This document shows, piece by piece, positions 11,653-24,375 of a stretch of DNA of 64,000 bases. The notes under the pieces were generated by a model. The model did no database searches. It was not told the origin of the DNA and saw only the letters and a list, made by a program, of their open reading frames with translations. Source of the stretch: Amoebophrya sp. A120 (taxonomy: Eukaryota; Protista; Dinoflagellata); NCBI GenBank assembly GCA_905178155.1, contig CAJINV010000002.1, positions 11,658,591 through 11,722,590 of the forward strand, in the 5' to 3' direction. Position numbers and translations under genes: made by a program. Every line of letters begins with the position of its first letter. Within the stretch, counting starts at the first letter, position 1.

Positions 11653-13382
11653 GAGAGGCAGCTCCGGGCTCTGTCGTGATAGCAGCGACACACCGCGACC
11701 GACCACCGCAGGGTGTACTGAAACAAATTTTTTACTGGACTTCTAGGTCATTTTGAGTTCGGCCATCGGTGAAAACTATGATGATCCTCCGATTGGATAA
11801 AACATATTTCTGTGGCTAGTTACTCGAATGATTGAACCTCGCGATTCTTCGAAACAACTCTCGCTCGCTTCACTTCCCGCGTGCATCTGAGTAGTAAGTA
11901 CCAGCTTGAGCGCTCGGGGTGTGGGAAGGAGGCCGAGCGCAATCTTCCTTCTGACAACAGCAACAAAACTAGAAATTTATCACTCACCCCGTTCGTAACC
12001 TCCAGCAGCTTCGAATTTGTGTTTTTATTTGCGTTCAGAACACAAATAAAAACTCGAAGCAACACATACCGGTCACTACAAAAGACAAACAAACGAAAGG
12101 AGGGCCGCTTGGTCTACTCCAGGGCGTATCGCGTACAGTATCAGTATACACCGTCGTGGCTACACTTGCACATGCTTCCACCTCGTTCACTGTGTCAATA
12201 CATTGTCTACTTGAGAAACTCCAATGTCAGATGAGGCCCAGGGCGGACTGCTCCTTGATTCCGCGGCAACAAAACAAGACTGTCAAAGAAATCAGCATGA
12301 TCTAGAATAGCCCATCGAATTATCGGTCCGACACTATCCTAGGGAAAAGAAGACTCTCTTTTGTTCCGATAAATACCGGAGCAAGCTACAAATTGTAATT
12401 GATATATTCAACAAAAAACTCGTGGTAGAAATCCCAAAGACGCAAGAAAGAAGACAAGACTTAACCAACGACGTAGTGAGACCAGCACATAATCCAACTG
12501 CAGGTCGTGCACTATACTCGCAATATGTCGACGCCAACAAATCCCAGTAGACACTAACCGCGTGACGTACACCACCCATCAGAGTGGAAGCCACGAAGAA
12601 AAGAAAAGATAGAACGCTTGTTGCTTCTCCTACCTCTACTGCCGTTGCCGAGTGAAATAGATACTATTGCCTTTTCACCACGAAGCGTGCAAATTATGGT
12701 ACTAGGAGCTTGATTTGTAATATTTTCTGCTATTACGATCTCAATCTTCCGGCGATTTCGCTTCCAGATTTGATACGGCAACTATCAGAGACAGAGTGCG
12801 TTGCCCGTGAATACATAGCGGAGTTGTACTATTTTTGTCGACCGTGTCATAACGGAAACAGGTTGTCCCAGATCAGGATGAACCTATGCCTTGCACAACT
12901 GCTTCGAAAAACAGACTCGCGGGTACATGAATCCGACAGGACAGATTCATGACTCGGCAAAGCCATTGATTCTAACGTGAACTCGATAAAATTCAAATAT
13001 AGAAGAAAATACACAAAACAGATATTTTCTTTCTGCCGCCCACACGGCAACAATACATCGCCAGTGCAGAGAGCAGATGTCGCTTTAGAAGAAGAGATCA
13101 AGGGTAGTATCTTCGATATTCTTCGTGAAACTCGCCGATGGGAACGACAAATCATAGTTTACTGACTTACGATAGAAGAAAGCGATAGTACGGTGTAAGG
13201 ATTTTCCGAAGCATTTTTATTTTATGCGTTGTCTTTCCATGTGATGTGTCGTGCTGAGCGCACCCACCTTCGGTGCGAGGTCGAAAATATTAACCCGGCT
13301 TCGTTTCCCAGTTCGTACCAACATCTCAGCACATTGTTGCTGTTTCGTGCTGATCTCCTTTTGGCGAACCGGTAGGAAAACC

Positions 13383-16300
13383 TCAGTCGGCACAGGCTGT
13401 CAAGAGGCTCGTGGGATACCATCCCTCGGGACCCGGCGCCTCTGAGTTCGGATTCAGCTTCTCGCCGAAAGTCCAGCCACTCGCGTCGTGATAATAAGCG
13501 AAAAGCTTGTCACCTGAGAAAAATCGAAGGCATGTCCGCACGACGAAGAGTAAAAATCCACTTCCACATTTCATTCATCTATTTGATCTTCCGCTTCTTT
13601 GGCAATGCATGCGTACAACAACCTGTACGTGGTGGAAAGAGGAACCAAAATGAAAATCCGCGATGCTTCAAGTACATCCAAATTATGTTGTCGTACCTGC
13701 AGTGATTGGGAGCATCGACGGCGTGCACGATTCTGGATTGTATGTGTTTCTCGTGGTATACACAATGTGCTGCAAGATGCTGCGGGGAATCCACGTGGGG
13801 TTCGCCGAGTGATCTGCTCGCCCGGCGTAAGCCTGTAAAAATTTTTTAGATTTTTTTGCTACATCTAGACGCTTCAACACTTTTTGGTTTTGCTGCCACA
13901 TGAATAATGCAGCTGAGACTTGTAAGAAGATGCTCATATTACATTCATAAGGATCATACTTACATACCCTGAGTACTCGTTCGTAAGACCTTATTCATTG
14001 AAAACGAATCCAATGTCATTTTGTACCCATTCCCCGCTGTCATCGACGGCCTGCACCTTCATGCGATCCCCGACGGACACGTGTGTCTGCGTGTCCGGGT
14101 CCTCCCAGTCGTGCAAGGCCTCCATGTCGCCGCGGGCCTGGCGGTCCCCCCAAATGTGCTGTGTGGGTTGGAAGGCGTGCTGGTGGTAAGCCGTCCCCGC
14201 CTCGAGGGTGCCGTTGACGAGGTCCCCCGGACGGGAGGAGGACGAGGAGGATCCCCCTTTGGTCAGCGGTTCTTCCGTGTCTTCGTTAGCGGCGCTCGAC
14301 ACCGTCCCGGCAACCGCGATCGGCATGTTCGCCTCGAGCGCGCCCCATCCGTTCAGCTCGCCGCGAGCGGGCAGCGGGCTCGGCAGTGGCGGCGCCATGG
14401 CGTTGCTTGCCGTGCTCGCGTTACTGGAAGTAGCCTGGTTGTTCGCTGCACTAGTTAGGGCATTTGCACCTCCCATATGTTGGCTGTAGGAGGACACCGA
14501 CGTCCCGCACTGCATCTGCTGACTCGTGCTGTACATGTTGCCGATCGGCGGGGGTACAACCACCGGCCCGTTCGCCGTGTTCACCACGCACGTGCTGGAG
14601 GAAGCTGCACCACCCGTGTTCCATGCCGTCGAGCCGCTGGCGTTTGCCGCCCCAGCATAACTGCTGGAGGACGAACTAGAATTGTGCTGTCCGCGATAAG
14701 AGGACGCTACGTTACCTTGTTGCGTACCCGACGACGTCCCGTCATGCTGCAACGCGTTTCGCTGGAAAAGTTCAGGATGACAGGTGCGCACGTGGTCGAA
14801 GTATTCGATCAAGGACCCACGCCACTGGCAGTTGCAGGGGTCGGGGTGGGCAAGCGCGCACCGGATCTGCAGACTGCTGTAACATCGGTACATGATCGGG
14901 CTCTTCTGTTCCAAGCTGCCGATATCCTCCGGGGAAATTTCCGCGCCCGTGACCGGACAGTGCAGCACGAACTCCCCGGACTGATTCAGGTGGTGTTGCA
15001 TCTGCCCCTGCAGCTTCCCCCGCACGTAGTCGCAGAAGCAAGAGAGGGAAACCAGCGCCCCATTGGGCAAAATCAGGGGCTTTACCGCGATCCCCCCGCA
15101 CGTCGAGGTGCCGCACAAAGGCTGTCCGTTCGCATCGTAGTGGGTTCGCCCGTACAAATGACAGTGGTACAGCCGGGTATCCCCGTTCACCGCCTCGACT
15201 TGCGCGTGAGTGATTTGCAGCCGCTCCTCCGAAATCATGTTCTGATTGTTCTGTCGCTGCTGCGAGGAACTGGTGGATTGCTGGTTTTGTCCTCCGGTCG
15301 AGGAGGAGGAAAAGGTGGAGGAGGAACTCGTCGCGCCCACACAACTCTGCTGGTCCAGGAAGTGCACCCACTTCTGCTTGCCCGGTGACAAAGCGAAACT
15401 GCTACAGGACGTGCTCTGGATGCTGCTCTGATTGGACTTTTTCGTGGCGGAGCCTTTGGGTGTGGACGCCGGGGAGGGTTGCGCTTGGTGTCCGCCTTGG
15501 TGGCCACCTCCCGCGCCGGCGCAACAACTCGAGCTCGAAGCCGAAGCTTGCTGTCCAGTCGCGTTATAGTTGTGCTGATTCTCGGTAGAAGTGGTCCCGA
15601 GCATTGCCGTAATGGAGCTGCTGTTGCTGTTGTTTACCGCACCAGAAGTCGGGGTCGAGAGGCTGGGCAGCGGGGGCGGGGGGTGTTCAGGGTGCTGCAC
15701 CTGGTGCCACGAGGCCTGGTTGTAGGAGGAAGTAGACGCGCCCCCACCTCCGTAGGTGTTCGCACACGAAGAAGTAGACGCGGCGGCACAACTCTGCGGC
15801 TGCGGGGGGGGAGCCATCTGGGGCAGCGAGTACATGTTCGCCTGACTGGTACTGGAAGAACTCTGCGTGTAATCGTAGGCAGCGGCCACGGGGTCGGCCC
15901 ACACGCTGTCGCCGGGGAGGTGGGAAGTGGAGGAGGTCGCCGGTTGGGGAAGGGGTTGCTGTGGTGGGGGCTGCGGCGCACCGCCCGAACTGGCACTGTG
16001 TCCGGGCGGGGGCGGTGGGTAGGACTGGTATTCCGGCGGTGGTGGGTACGGTGGCTGCATCGGTGGTTCCGAGATCGCCTGTGAAGGTACAGCGACTTGC
16101 TCCACGCCACCACTGCGGTCGTCAACAGCTGCTGTGTCGGAAGTGGACGCCGTAGCGGCGCTTTGCTGGTTCGCTTGCAACATCTGCTGTTGCTGCTGTT
16201 GATTTGGTTGCCCGTTAACGGTGGTTGTGCTGTCTGCGATGCTGACCTCGGCCCAGCAAACGCGACTGCTCTGCTTGGAGCCCGCGCTTGCCACGGACGA

Positions 16301-19300
16301 GGTGGAGGACTTCATGGCCAGGGCGTTGACGGACTGCGACACGACCACCTTGTTTGCGTCGTCAGCCTCTTTTGAGGTGATCGAATGCATGCTACCGCGG
16401 TGCTTCGTGTTATTGCTTGTCGACGTAGAAGACTTGTTGATGCTGTTTTGCGGCTGATGGTTCGTCGTGGAGGTCTTTGCGACCGCGGAGATTTTTGCCA
16501 CAAGCTCCACGCTCTGTGGCACCGCGGGCTTGTCGTTTTTCGGTTCGGTCCCGAAGGTGCTGCCCTTGCGCGACCCGCTCTTCGACGTCGCCACCACCGT
16601 GAACCCACTCCCGGTGGTTCCCCGGCTCGCCCCAGCCCGACGTTTTCCGCCACGCGTGCGTCTCTTCGGTCCCGCAGCAGGGATAAAATCCTCCTGCTGC
16701 TCCCCGGTCACGGACTCTTTACTGCTGGTGTCCTTGTTTTCCACCTTGTTCGCCTCTTTTTCGTTTTGCGCGCCGGCTTGGTACAACTGCGGTTCCAGTT
16801 CGGCCGACCCGCTCGGGTGCCCCTTAGTAGAAGAAGTTCCCGGCTGATGATTGGTGGCGGTGCTCAACAGCCCAGTAGGTGGGAGCGAGGAAAGGTCCGC
16901 GGCAGTGGAGGTTGAGGAGGAGGCGCCATGGTTTTGCTCCACCGCTTGCTTATTCCCAGAAGTGCCGTGATCCAGCCCCTTCGACCTGCTGGCGCCGCTA
17001 GTATTGCTTTCCTTACTATCCAGCGAGTTCAGCCCCGCCGCGCCGGCACTCTGCAGCGATGTCGTCTTGCTCGTCTGGTTACTACTATTTCCGACCACCG
17101 TAGTGAAGCCGGTCGGCGGGGCGGCAGCGGGGGTCGAAGTAGAAGACGCTGTATGTCCAGCAGTAGAACTACTACCCGAGATGCCGCCCGAGCCTTTGTT
17201 CATCTCCCCCTGCGTCGTCGCACCAGCCGACGCCTGCACCCCGATGGCCGCCACGAAGTGCACGGACTGCGGCGCCGCGATAACGGCGTTGACCGACTGC
17301 GAAGCGTCTTTGGCGGCAGAAGCAGACTGCTTCACTTTGCCCTTCTTCGAAAACAGGTTCATCACAGTGTTCGCTCCCTTCTTCTTACCCTCCTTCTTCT
17401 CTTTCGGTTCCTTGTTCGCGGTGGAGGAGGAGGACGCAGCACTATTATTACCTTGCTGCTGCGTGCTGTTGTTGCTTCCGGCTTTAATACTGGAAGAGGA
17501 CGAGCTGGGCTGCTTGTCCTTTGTCTGTTGCTCGAGAGCCCCGGCGGCATTCGCTGCGGCAGAGCTCCCTTTGATGTTCGGCATTCCTTGCTGCTCGCTG
17601 CCAGTAGAAGTGCCGCTTGTCGCACTGCCTTTGTGGTCTTTGCCGCCTTGCTTGCTATTGCTCGTCCCGGAAGTGGACGACGAAGCCGGATCCTTGATGC
17701 TCTTGTTCCTATCGCCGGCGGTCGCTGTCGCTTTGTTCTTCCCCTCGCCCTTGCTGTCCTTCGAACTTGCCGCGGCGCCGCGCGCTGGAGTCACAAAATC
17801 CTCGTCCTCCTTGGCGATTTGTCCGGGCTTCTTGTACGAAGTGCTCGTCGTCGCAGCAGCGCCAATGTTGCCTTTGCTGGAACTTGGTCCATTCGTCGCC
17901 GTATTGGGCGCATGCGTTGCACTGGCCGCGGTGGACCCTGCAATATTAGTGCCTTGCTTAGTCTTGTTTTTCTTGGACGCGGTTTCCCGGGCGGACACCA
18001 GAAACCGATTATTGCCGGGAACGAAGCTACCGAAATCGCTATCCGACTCCGAATCCGGTTTGGCGTCGTCGTTCGGCGACTTCTGCGACGCGTCCGTCGA
18101 CGGGCTAGGCGAGTGTGTCGTGCTCTTGCTGTTCACCGACGGCGCGGCCGCGTTTTTCTGGTGCGCGGACGGACTCGGAGAGGGTTTCGGCTGCGCAGAA
18201 GCGTTAGCCGGGGTTTGCTGCTTCTTGCTCTCCTGCTTCGAAGAACTCGTTGTGGTCATGGGGGAGGCCTGCTGTATCGTGGCACTCTGCTGGACGGGCG
18301 CCGCCACAGCAGTAGGCTTCGCGGCGCTCACCGCCTGGCTCTCCTCCTCCTGGTCTGGTTCCTCTTTGCCATTTTTCTTCTTTTTCTTCTTGGCCCGCTG
18401 TGCCTTCTTGCGTTCCAGCCGCTTCGCGTCCTCTATTAAAAGGAAAAATCCCCCCTCCCCATACCAAAACGAAACTTCTCATGCTGGATTTGAGTACACA
18501 AATCAGCTTTGTATTGCAGGAAAGCATTGCAGTCAGGCCCCCAGGCTAGGCAGGGGCGTACGCGTCTAGTTGTTCAGCATGGCAAGCGGCTCCCCTTTAG
18601 GCCCAACAGCATGACAAATCGCCTCCATAATGGGGCGGAAGCTTCTGCCCTTGCCTTCTTGCAAAACAAATGTGATTTGTGACCTCAAATCAGCAACGCA
18701 AATTTTCGAAAGCATACCTTTTCGATATGGGGAGGGGGGATGTTTCCTTTTGATATCCTCTTCGTCTTCCTCAATTAAGGAGCGGGCGCGCTCCTCAGCA
18801 TCCTGTTGTTCCCATTCGATTTCGATATGATCATGATCATGCTGTGATCTTCACATTAATGCGAGTCGTTAAAGAAGTACCATCAAAAGATTTTAAATGC
18901 AATTGCAGACACCCCAGAAATAGATTGATACGGGATTATAAAAAGGTCTTGCACAAAAACTCCAAATGTACCACGAGCGCCTTGGATTTGTCGTCCTTTT
19001 TCGGCCCGTCTGTGATAGCAGGAAGTTGATGCACTTTGATCTTCTCGTCGCGGGGCACTTTGGGTACCGTCAGCATCTCTTCACAGCTCTTAGTACGAAT
19101 GTAGAACAACATCTTTGCTCGGGTCGCCTTCGGCCGCGTCAACACTGCACCCGGACCATACCTGCATGGATTGGTTCATCACTGGAAAATAAACTCATCA
19201 TTCGTGGGACCAAATATAAGAGCTCTGAGCAACCATGAAGCAATTCCTCATCGCATCTAAAAGACATGATCGGATTGCGGTATGTGCTAAATGCGCAAAA

Positions 19301-22300
19301 AAAAATCTTAATACAGGTAGTTGACGCAGAGCCATTCTTGCCCGCCACTACTCGCGTCGAAAACAGTCGCGCTTGGCACCGCGTGAACGCAATCCGTGGG
19401 ACCATCTGCGAAGCGGTACCTGAGAAGCGATTTGGAAGAAACTGAACTTCTTCTGCAGAAAATGACAATTGTACAAGCACCAGGTGCCGGCATTAAGGTG
19501 CGAGAAGATGCATACAAAACAAGAAAACGGCCCGCAGCTCGACCTACAAGCTGTCGGATCTTCCGGCATAAATAAAAAGCTCCTATTTGTACCATTGCCC
19601 CTGATCGCCCTCCATTTCGGGCCGAATGTATGCGTAGTGGCGGACGCTTTGCGGGAGCTCGTACTCTACCAGAACGGCGTAAAGAGCGTATTCGAATATT
19701 GAGAGGAAAAATCCCCCCTCCCCATATTGAAAAGGTATGTTTCCAAAAATCTGTGTTGCGGATTTGAGGTCACAAATCCCATCTGTCTTGCAAGAAGACA
19801 AGGGCAGAAGCTTCCGCCCCATTATGGAAGCGATTTGTCATGCTGCTGGGCCAAAAAGGGGGCCGTTTGCCATGCTGAACTACTAGACCCATACGCCCCT
19901 GCCTGGCCTGGGGATCTGGCCGCAGTACCTCTCTGCAATACAAAGCCAATTTGTGGTCGCAAATCAGCATCACAAATTTCCGTTTTGATATGGGGAGGGG
20001 GGATTTTTCATTTTGATATCGAATTCTGATTCTTCGCGGCCCTCCTTGTACGACGCGTCCAGATATTTCTATCCTGAGTAAAAACGTACCCACGCCAGAG
20101 TTGTAATGCAAATCTGCATGCTGAAAATGTTTCTCATGCGGAACCCCATGAGAAGCATTTTCTAGTCGTGTTTTGCAATTTGTCATGCTCCAATCAGCAT
20201 GGTATGCTAGATCTGTGATGCTGCTGAGCTAGCTCAAAGAGCACTACACTACGCATCCAAATTTGTCATGCAAAACAGCCAAAACTTGTGGATTTGTCTA
20301 GCCGATTCCCCATCTTGACTATGGTGTGGGTACGTTTTTACTCAGGATAATTTCGCCATGTTCATCACACGCGGAAAATCGAATCGCTCGCCGACGCCGC
20401 CCCGCTTTAAACTCCAGGTCAGCACCGGCGGAAGGCGCTTAATCGTACGCTTGGCCTGCACCCGGCTGCCGTCTCCGTCGTCCAGCACCTGGAAAAGAAG
20501 GTCAGTTGATGTATTTCCTAGGCCGACGTCGATCACAAGACGTGATATGCAAGGTCGAGGACAAATGTCGTGCCACAATCTACTACATCCTCGAAGACAA
20601 CAAGAGGAAATCAACGCAACTGAAAGCAGCAGTTCGTAGTACCTTAGCGGAGAAGTAGTGGTCCAAACAGTGCTCGAGATTTCGGAAACCGCGTGTCAAC
20701 AACGGAAAGATGGGGCTCTGTGTGTTATTTTTATTTCGTCATTTTGTTCTCGCCGAGCTCCTCGCAAAGGCAGTTTTTCTCTGTCGGGGATAACGTTGTA
20801 GGAAAAAAAGCAAATTCTCTGCATGCACATGAAACAAATCTTCACAGGAGGTTGATGAAGATACCGTGTGCTTCCAGCTGTTTTTCTTCTTGTCCGGGCC
20901 GCAGAGTGGTGTTTCACTCCACTCCACCTCGAACAGAAATCGCTGAAGTCCGTGGTAGAGCTGTAGCGGGCTTGCGCGTTTGCTGGAGGAGTAGTGCGTG
21001 TCCTTACCACACTCTAATTCCTTCAGGAGGTAGTCGAACATGGTCTGTTAAATATTTGTTGATGAGGAGTAGAAGTTGGTTTTAGCGTACTAGTATACGA
21101 ATCATGGGAAATAACTTGCATGTTGACGTTCGTTGTGCTTTTCCTTTTTCGAATGGACAGGAGCACAAAGACAAATTCGACGTAGTACAGCAAAAAAATC
21201 AACTTACGTGCACAGTGCCCTCCAGGTCCGACTTCTGGAAACTGACGACGCTGGCCACCCGGGCCGCACTCGCAGGCCCCTGGCGGTGCTGCAGGCGCGC
21301 GAACACCTCGCGCAGAACGAGGATCAAGCTGCTGCCGACTGCGTAATCGACAAATTCCTCTGGCCCGTCCTTGTACATGTCGGCTGCAGCGGGGTTATCG
21401 GGGTCAGATTTTTTGTTGTTCAACACATTTGTTATTTTCATAAACCGCTTTCCCGGGTATCTTATGTCAAAAATTTTCCTCCTCCCGGGCACCCCTTCGA
21501 CTGTGTTGTGTTTTCGTTCCGCAGGATGGCAAATAAAAACATGTTGCTTTTTGTTCGTCATATCTTCAGAGGACCATCTCAATTTTCGTCTACAAAAGGT
21601 CGCGCAAGAACAGAAAGCAACAGACGCACAACCAACAACACGGACGTCAGCCACTCTTTAGCAATAGAAAAGTACTTGACCGGGAGGTGGAAGAGGAAGA
21701 ACCGAAGAGACCGTGCTGCGATACTGATTTTCGGACAAAATCAGAAATCAGAAGCAGCAAACCTCGAAGGAAAACAGAAAAACAAGGTACGTAACAAAAT
21801 GTAAACAAAAATTGTTCCACAGAAAAATACTTATTAGAGCAAAAATCAAGTTGAAATACCCATTTCCGCGGCCTGCATTTGTTTGTAGAGACCCCTGGCG
21901 CAGTCTTTGAGCATGGGCACGTCGGTTTGGTAGATCAGATTTCTGAACGCACCGAGGTGGAACCAGATTTGGCACAGCGAGTTAATGAAGGTCGGCTGTA
22001 TCGGGTCCCCACAGTGCCATTTCTGCAGCTCGGTGTACCGTGTGCGCGCTTTGGTGTTGGGTGTGAAGGGATTCACGGCCGCGTTTGGTCCGACACCCGA
22101 CGACGCCGGCGTATTGACCTTCATCGGCCCACCGGCCAGGTAGACCGACGCACGGAAGCAGACGGTATCGTCGCGTGGGTCCACGAAGCCCCCATTCCGC
22201 AAAGTTGCTTCGTCGCAGGACACAAAATCATGCCAGCCGCGGTCGATGGCTTTCCCATCGGAAGACTCGGTTGGTGAAAAAGTGTGCTTGTCGTGCTTCA

Positions 22301-24375
22301 CGATAGAATTGGAAATGTTACCGTGATTGATCAGCGAGACCAGAAACTGCACGTCTTGAAAGTACCTGCAGTGATGTAAAGGCTTAGCTAAAGCAGAAAA
22401 TAATCTCGGAATAAAAACACAAGGAAACAATCTCGTAAATACCACAAAAATTTTTCTTGTTTGCGAAAAAACCTAGTACCAATTTGGCGGGTAGTCCTCG
22501 GATGGCCGTGCCTCGACAAACGCCGAGATCCAGCGCCACTTCAACAACTTTGGCATTCTGTGGTCCTTCATTTATGCATGACAAATTTCCAAGTTTGGAA
22601 ATTTGTCATGCAGAAATGAAGGACGAAAGAGGTACGAAGGCTGCTGAAGCGGCTCCTCCCACTTTCCTGCAGAAAGGAGCGCTGAGATAGCCGCTTCGAC
22701 TTTCCTTCGATGAGGGAAAATCGAAGTGGCCATTTCAACTTTCCTTCGATGAGGGACGTAGCCATTCCAAATTCAGGCTCAGCAATTTGATGAATTTTGC
22801 ATGACAAGTTCGCCAATATGGAAACTCGTCATGCAATTTGATGCGTTTTACCATGGAAATTCGTCATACAGTTTTCGCTCAGACGTGAAAACTGCATGAC
22901 AGTTTTGTTGGAAGCTGCATGATCAACAATTTGCGTTGTGCAAATTGTTGAAATGGTGACCCCAACAATTTGCACAACACAAATTGTTGCAGTGGCCATC
23001 TCAGCAATGTGCACTGCCAATTGTTGAAGTGGTCACTTCAACAATTCGCGTTGTGCAGCAAATTGTTGAAGTAGCCACTTCAGCAATTTGCGTTGTGCAA
23101 ATTGTTGAAGTGGGCACTCCAACAATTTGCGTTGTTGTCCAGCTTCAGTTTGCAAGCAACGTGTCACGCAGCGGCTATTGAGATGGGTACTTCAGCACTC
23201 TGGTGGAAAGTTGAAGGACTAATAGCCATTTCAATAACAAGTGCGTGACAAATTGCAAACTGAACAACAAGACAGATTCGGGCTGAAGTGAGACGGCGAG
23301 CACACCCCGCTGTCGCTTTTTTCCTCTCACTCTCACGAAAATTCTGCACGCCCCTACGTGTTGGGTGGGGAAAAACAAAACAAACGAGCGGCGCGCAGCG
23401 CCGCGGCAAGCCAAAAATTTTGGGTGGCTGCGGAAGGCGCGGCCTTCTTTTTCAAGAAGGTCACGACGCGCGCGAGTTTTTTTCTTTGTTTTTTCTCGCT
23501 GCGATGAGGGCCATTGCTCTGGGGTTTTGGCGATCAGGTATACTATTTGTGAGGGGCGTCCCGCCGCGGAACCGCTTTGCGAAGGGCCGCGACGAATACA
23601 GAAAGAAGTAACCAAATCACCACCATACCGTGGGAGGAACAGCGGCGCGGGCCACCTTTTCCCTGCACTGAGTAATGGGGGGGGGGGGGATGCATGCATG
23701 GTTTTTGGGGGCATTACTTGAATAATGGTCCGACTTTTGTTGGACGAGATCTTTGCGAAAAAACCTAGTAAGTACCAATTTGGCGGGTAGTCCTCGGATG
23801 GCCGTGCCTCGACAAACGCCGAGATCCAGCGCGTGTCCTTCGTGTTGTCCTGTCGCCCGGATTTGGTCCCGCGCGGAAAAATTAGCAAGCCGAAAACAAA
23901 ACCACCAACTGACTCAATCTTGGAACGAAATTTTTCGGGGGCAATTGGCCTCGATAGCTCCGTGACAGGCACACGAAGTTCCACTTCGTGCGGGTGCAGC
24001 GGCGGGAGAGTTCTGTTGGATGAAAAACTTTGCTGGAATGTATGGCTTCTACACTGGTACTAGAAACACGCACACCTCATCTACGACTAAATCTAGAAGT
24101 AAAACGGCAAGATACATCGTGCGTGAAAAACATCGGTGGTCCAAGCAGCAGGAAAAATGTTGATACTTGAAGCGCGTTCGCACGTCTTCCACATCCTCCA
24201 CTGCCTCTGGATGTTCGTAGGTCGAGCTCCGTGCCGTGCCATCGTGGATCGAGCTGCTCCGTGGCTGGCTTTCATGGATTGACGGTGGCTCTCCTGGATC
24301 CTCAATCGCGGGCATGTTGTTGGGTGGAGGCTGCTGCTGCTGCTGCTGCGAGTGTTCCCCAGAAGGTGCTGTCAT
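13383..24375 (-). CDS. multi-exon MATH + USP7-like (apparently inactive) + low-complexity + RING-like/TRAF-type Zn finger + 2xSH3 protein
   Basis: MATH (FGLLIFPRG..WISAFVE..DRGWHDFV..DDTVCFRASV). USP boxes (PTFINSLCQIWF; LPPVLTWSLKR; RFDFP; YALYAVLV..HYAYIRP; WYRFAD; MLFYIR). ORF 13991-18331 carries the Cys/His cluster. SH3-like ALHDW..GDRMKV..DSGEW|..WIPRS and GDKL..DASGWTFG..GWYPTS. Some internal junctions are inferred. Confidence 0.75.
18434..18755. mobile_element. introner, family B subtype 1 (322 bp)
   Basis: TIR tattaaaaggaaaaatcccccctccccata ... tatggggaggggggatgtttccttttgata. TSD TCCTC at 18429-18433 and 18756-18760. Excision gives EEDEED|AKRLERKK. Confidence 0.95.
19697..20018. mobile_element. 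introner, family B subtype 1, opposite orientation (322 bp)
   Basis: Same TIR; internal sequence is the reverse complement of 18434-18755. TSD TCGAA at 19692-19696 and 20019-20023. Excision gives EESEFE|YALYAVLV. Confidence 0.95.
20070..20349. mobile_element. introner, family C (280 bp)
   Basis: Perfect 24-bp TIR tatcctgagtaaaaacgtacccac. TSD ATTTC at 20065-20069 and 20350-20354. Excision gives FDFPRVMNMAK|YLDAS. Confidence 0.95.
22460..23832. repeat. 77/81-bp direct duplication (exon end plus splice donor) flanking a 1.2-kb palindrome-rich insert
   Basis: 22460-22536 matches 23752-23832 except for a 4-bp indel. The insert holds a 30-bp-arm hairpin (22563-22624) and an array of about 40-bp self-complementary units (about 22924-23135). 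Confidence 0.9.

Noticed and set aside
11800-13380. Short ORFs in AT-richer DNA (also 24400-25450 and 58300-59800)
   Set aside because: No motif, coding-like composition or consistent exon chain; treated as UTR or intergenic.
22924-23135. Palindromic repeat array resembling CRISPR
   Set aside because: There are no unique spacers and no cas genes, the units are degenerate, and the context is a eukaryotic intron.
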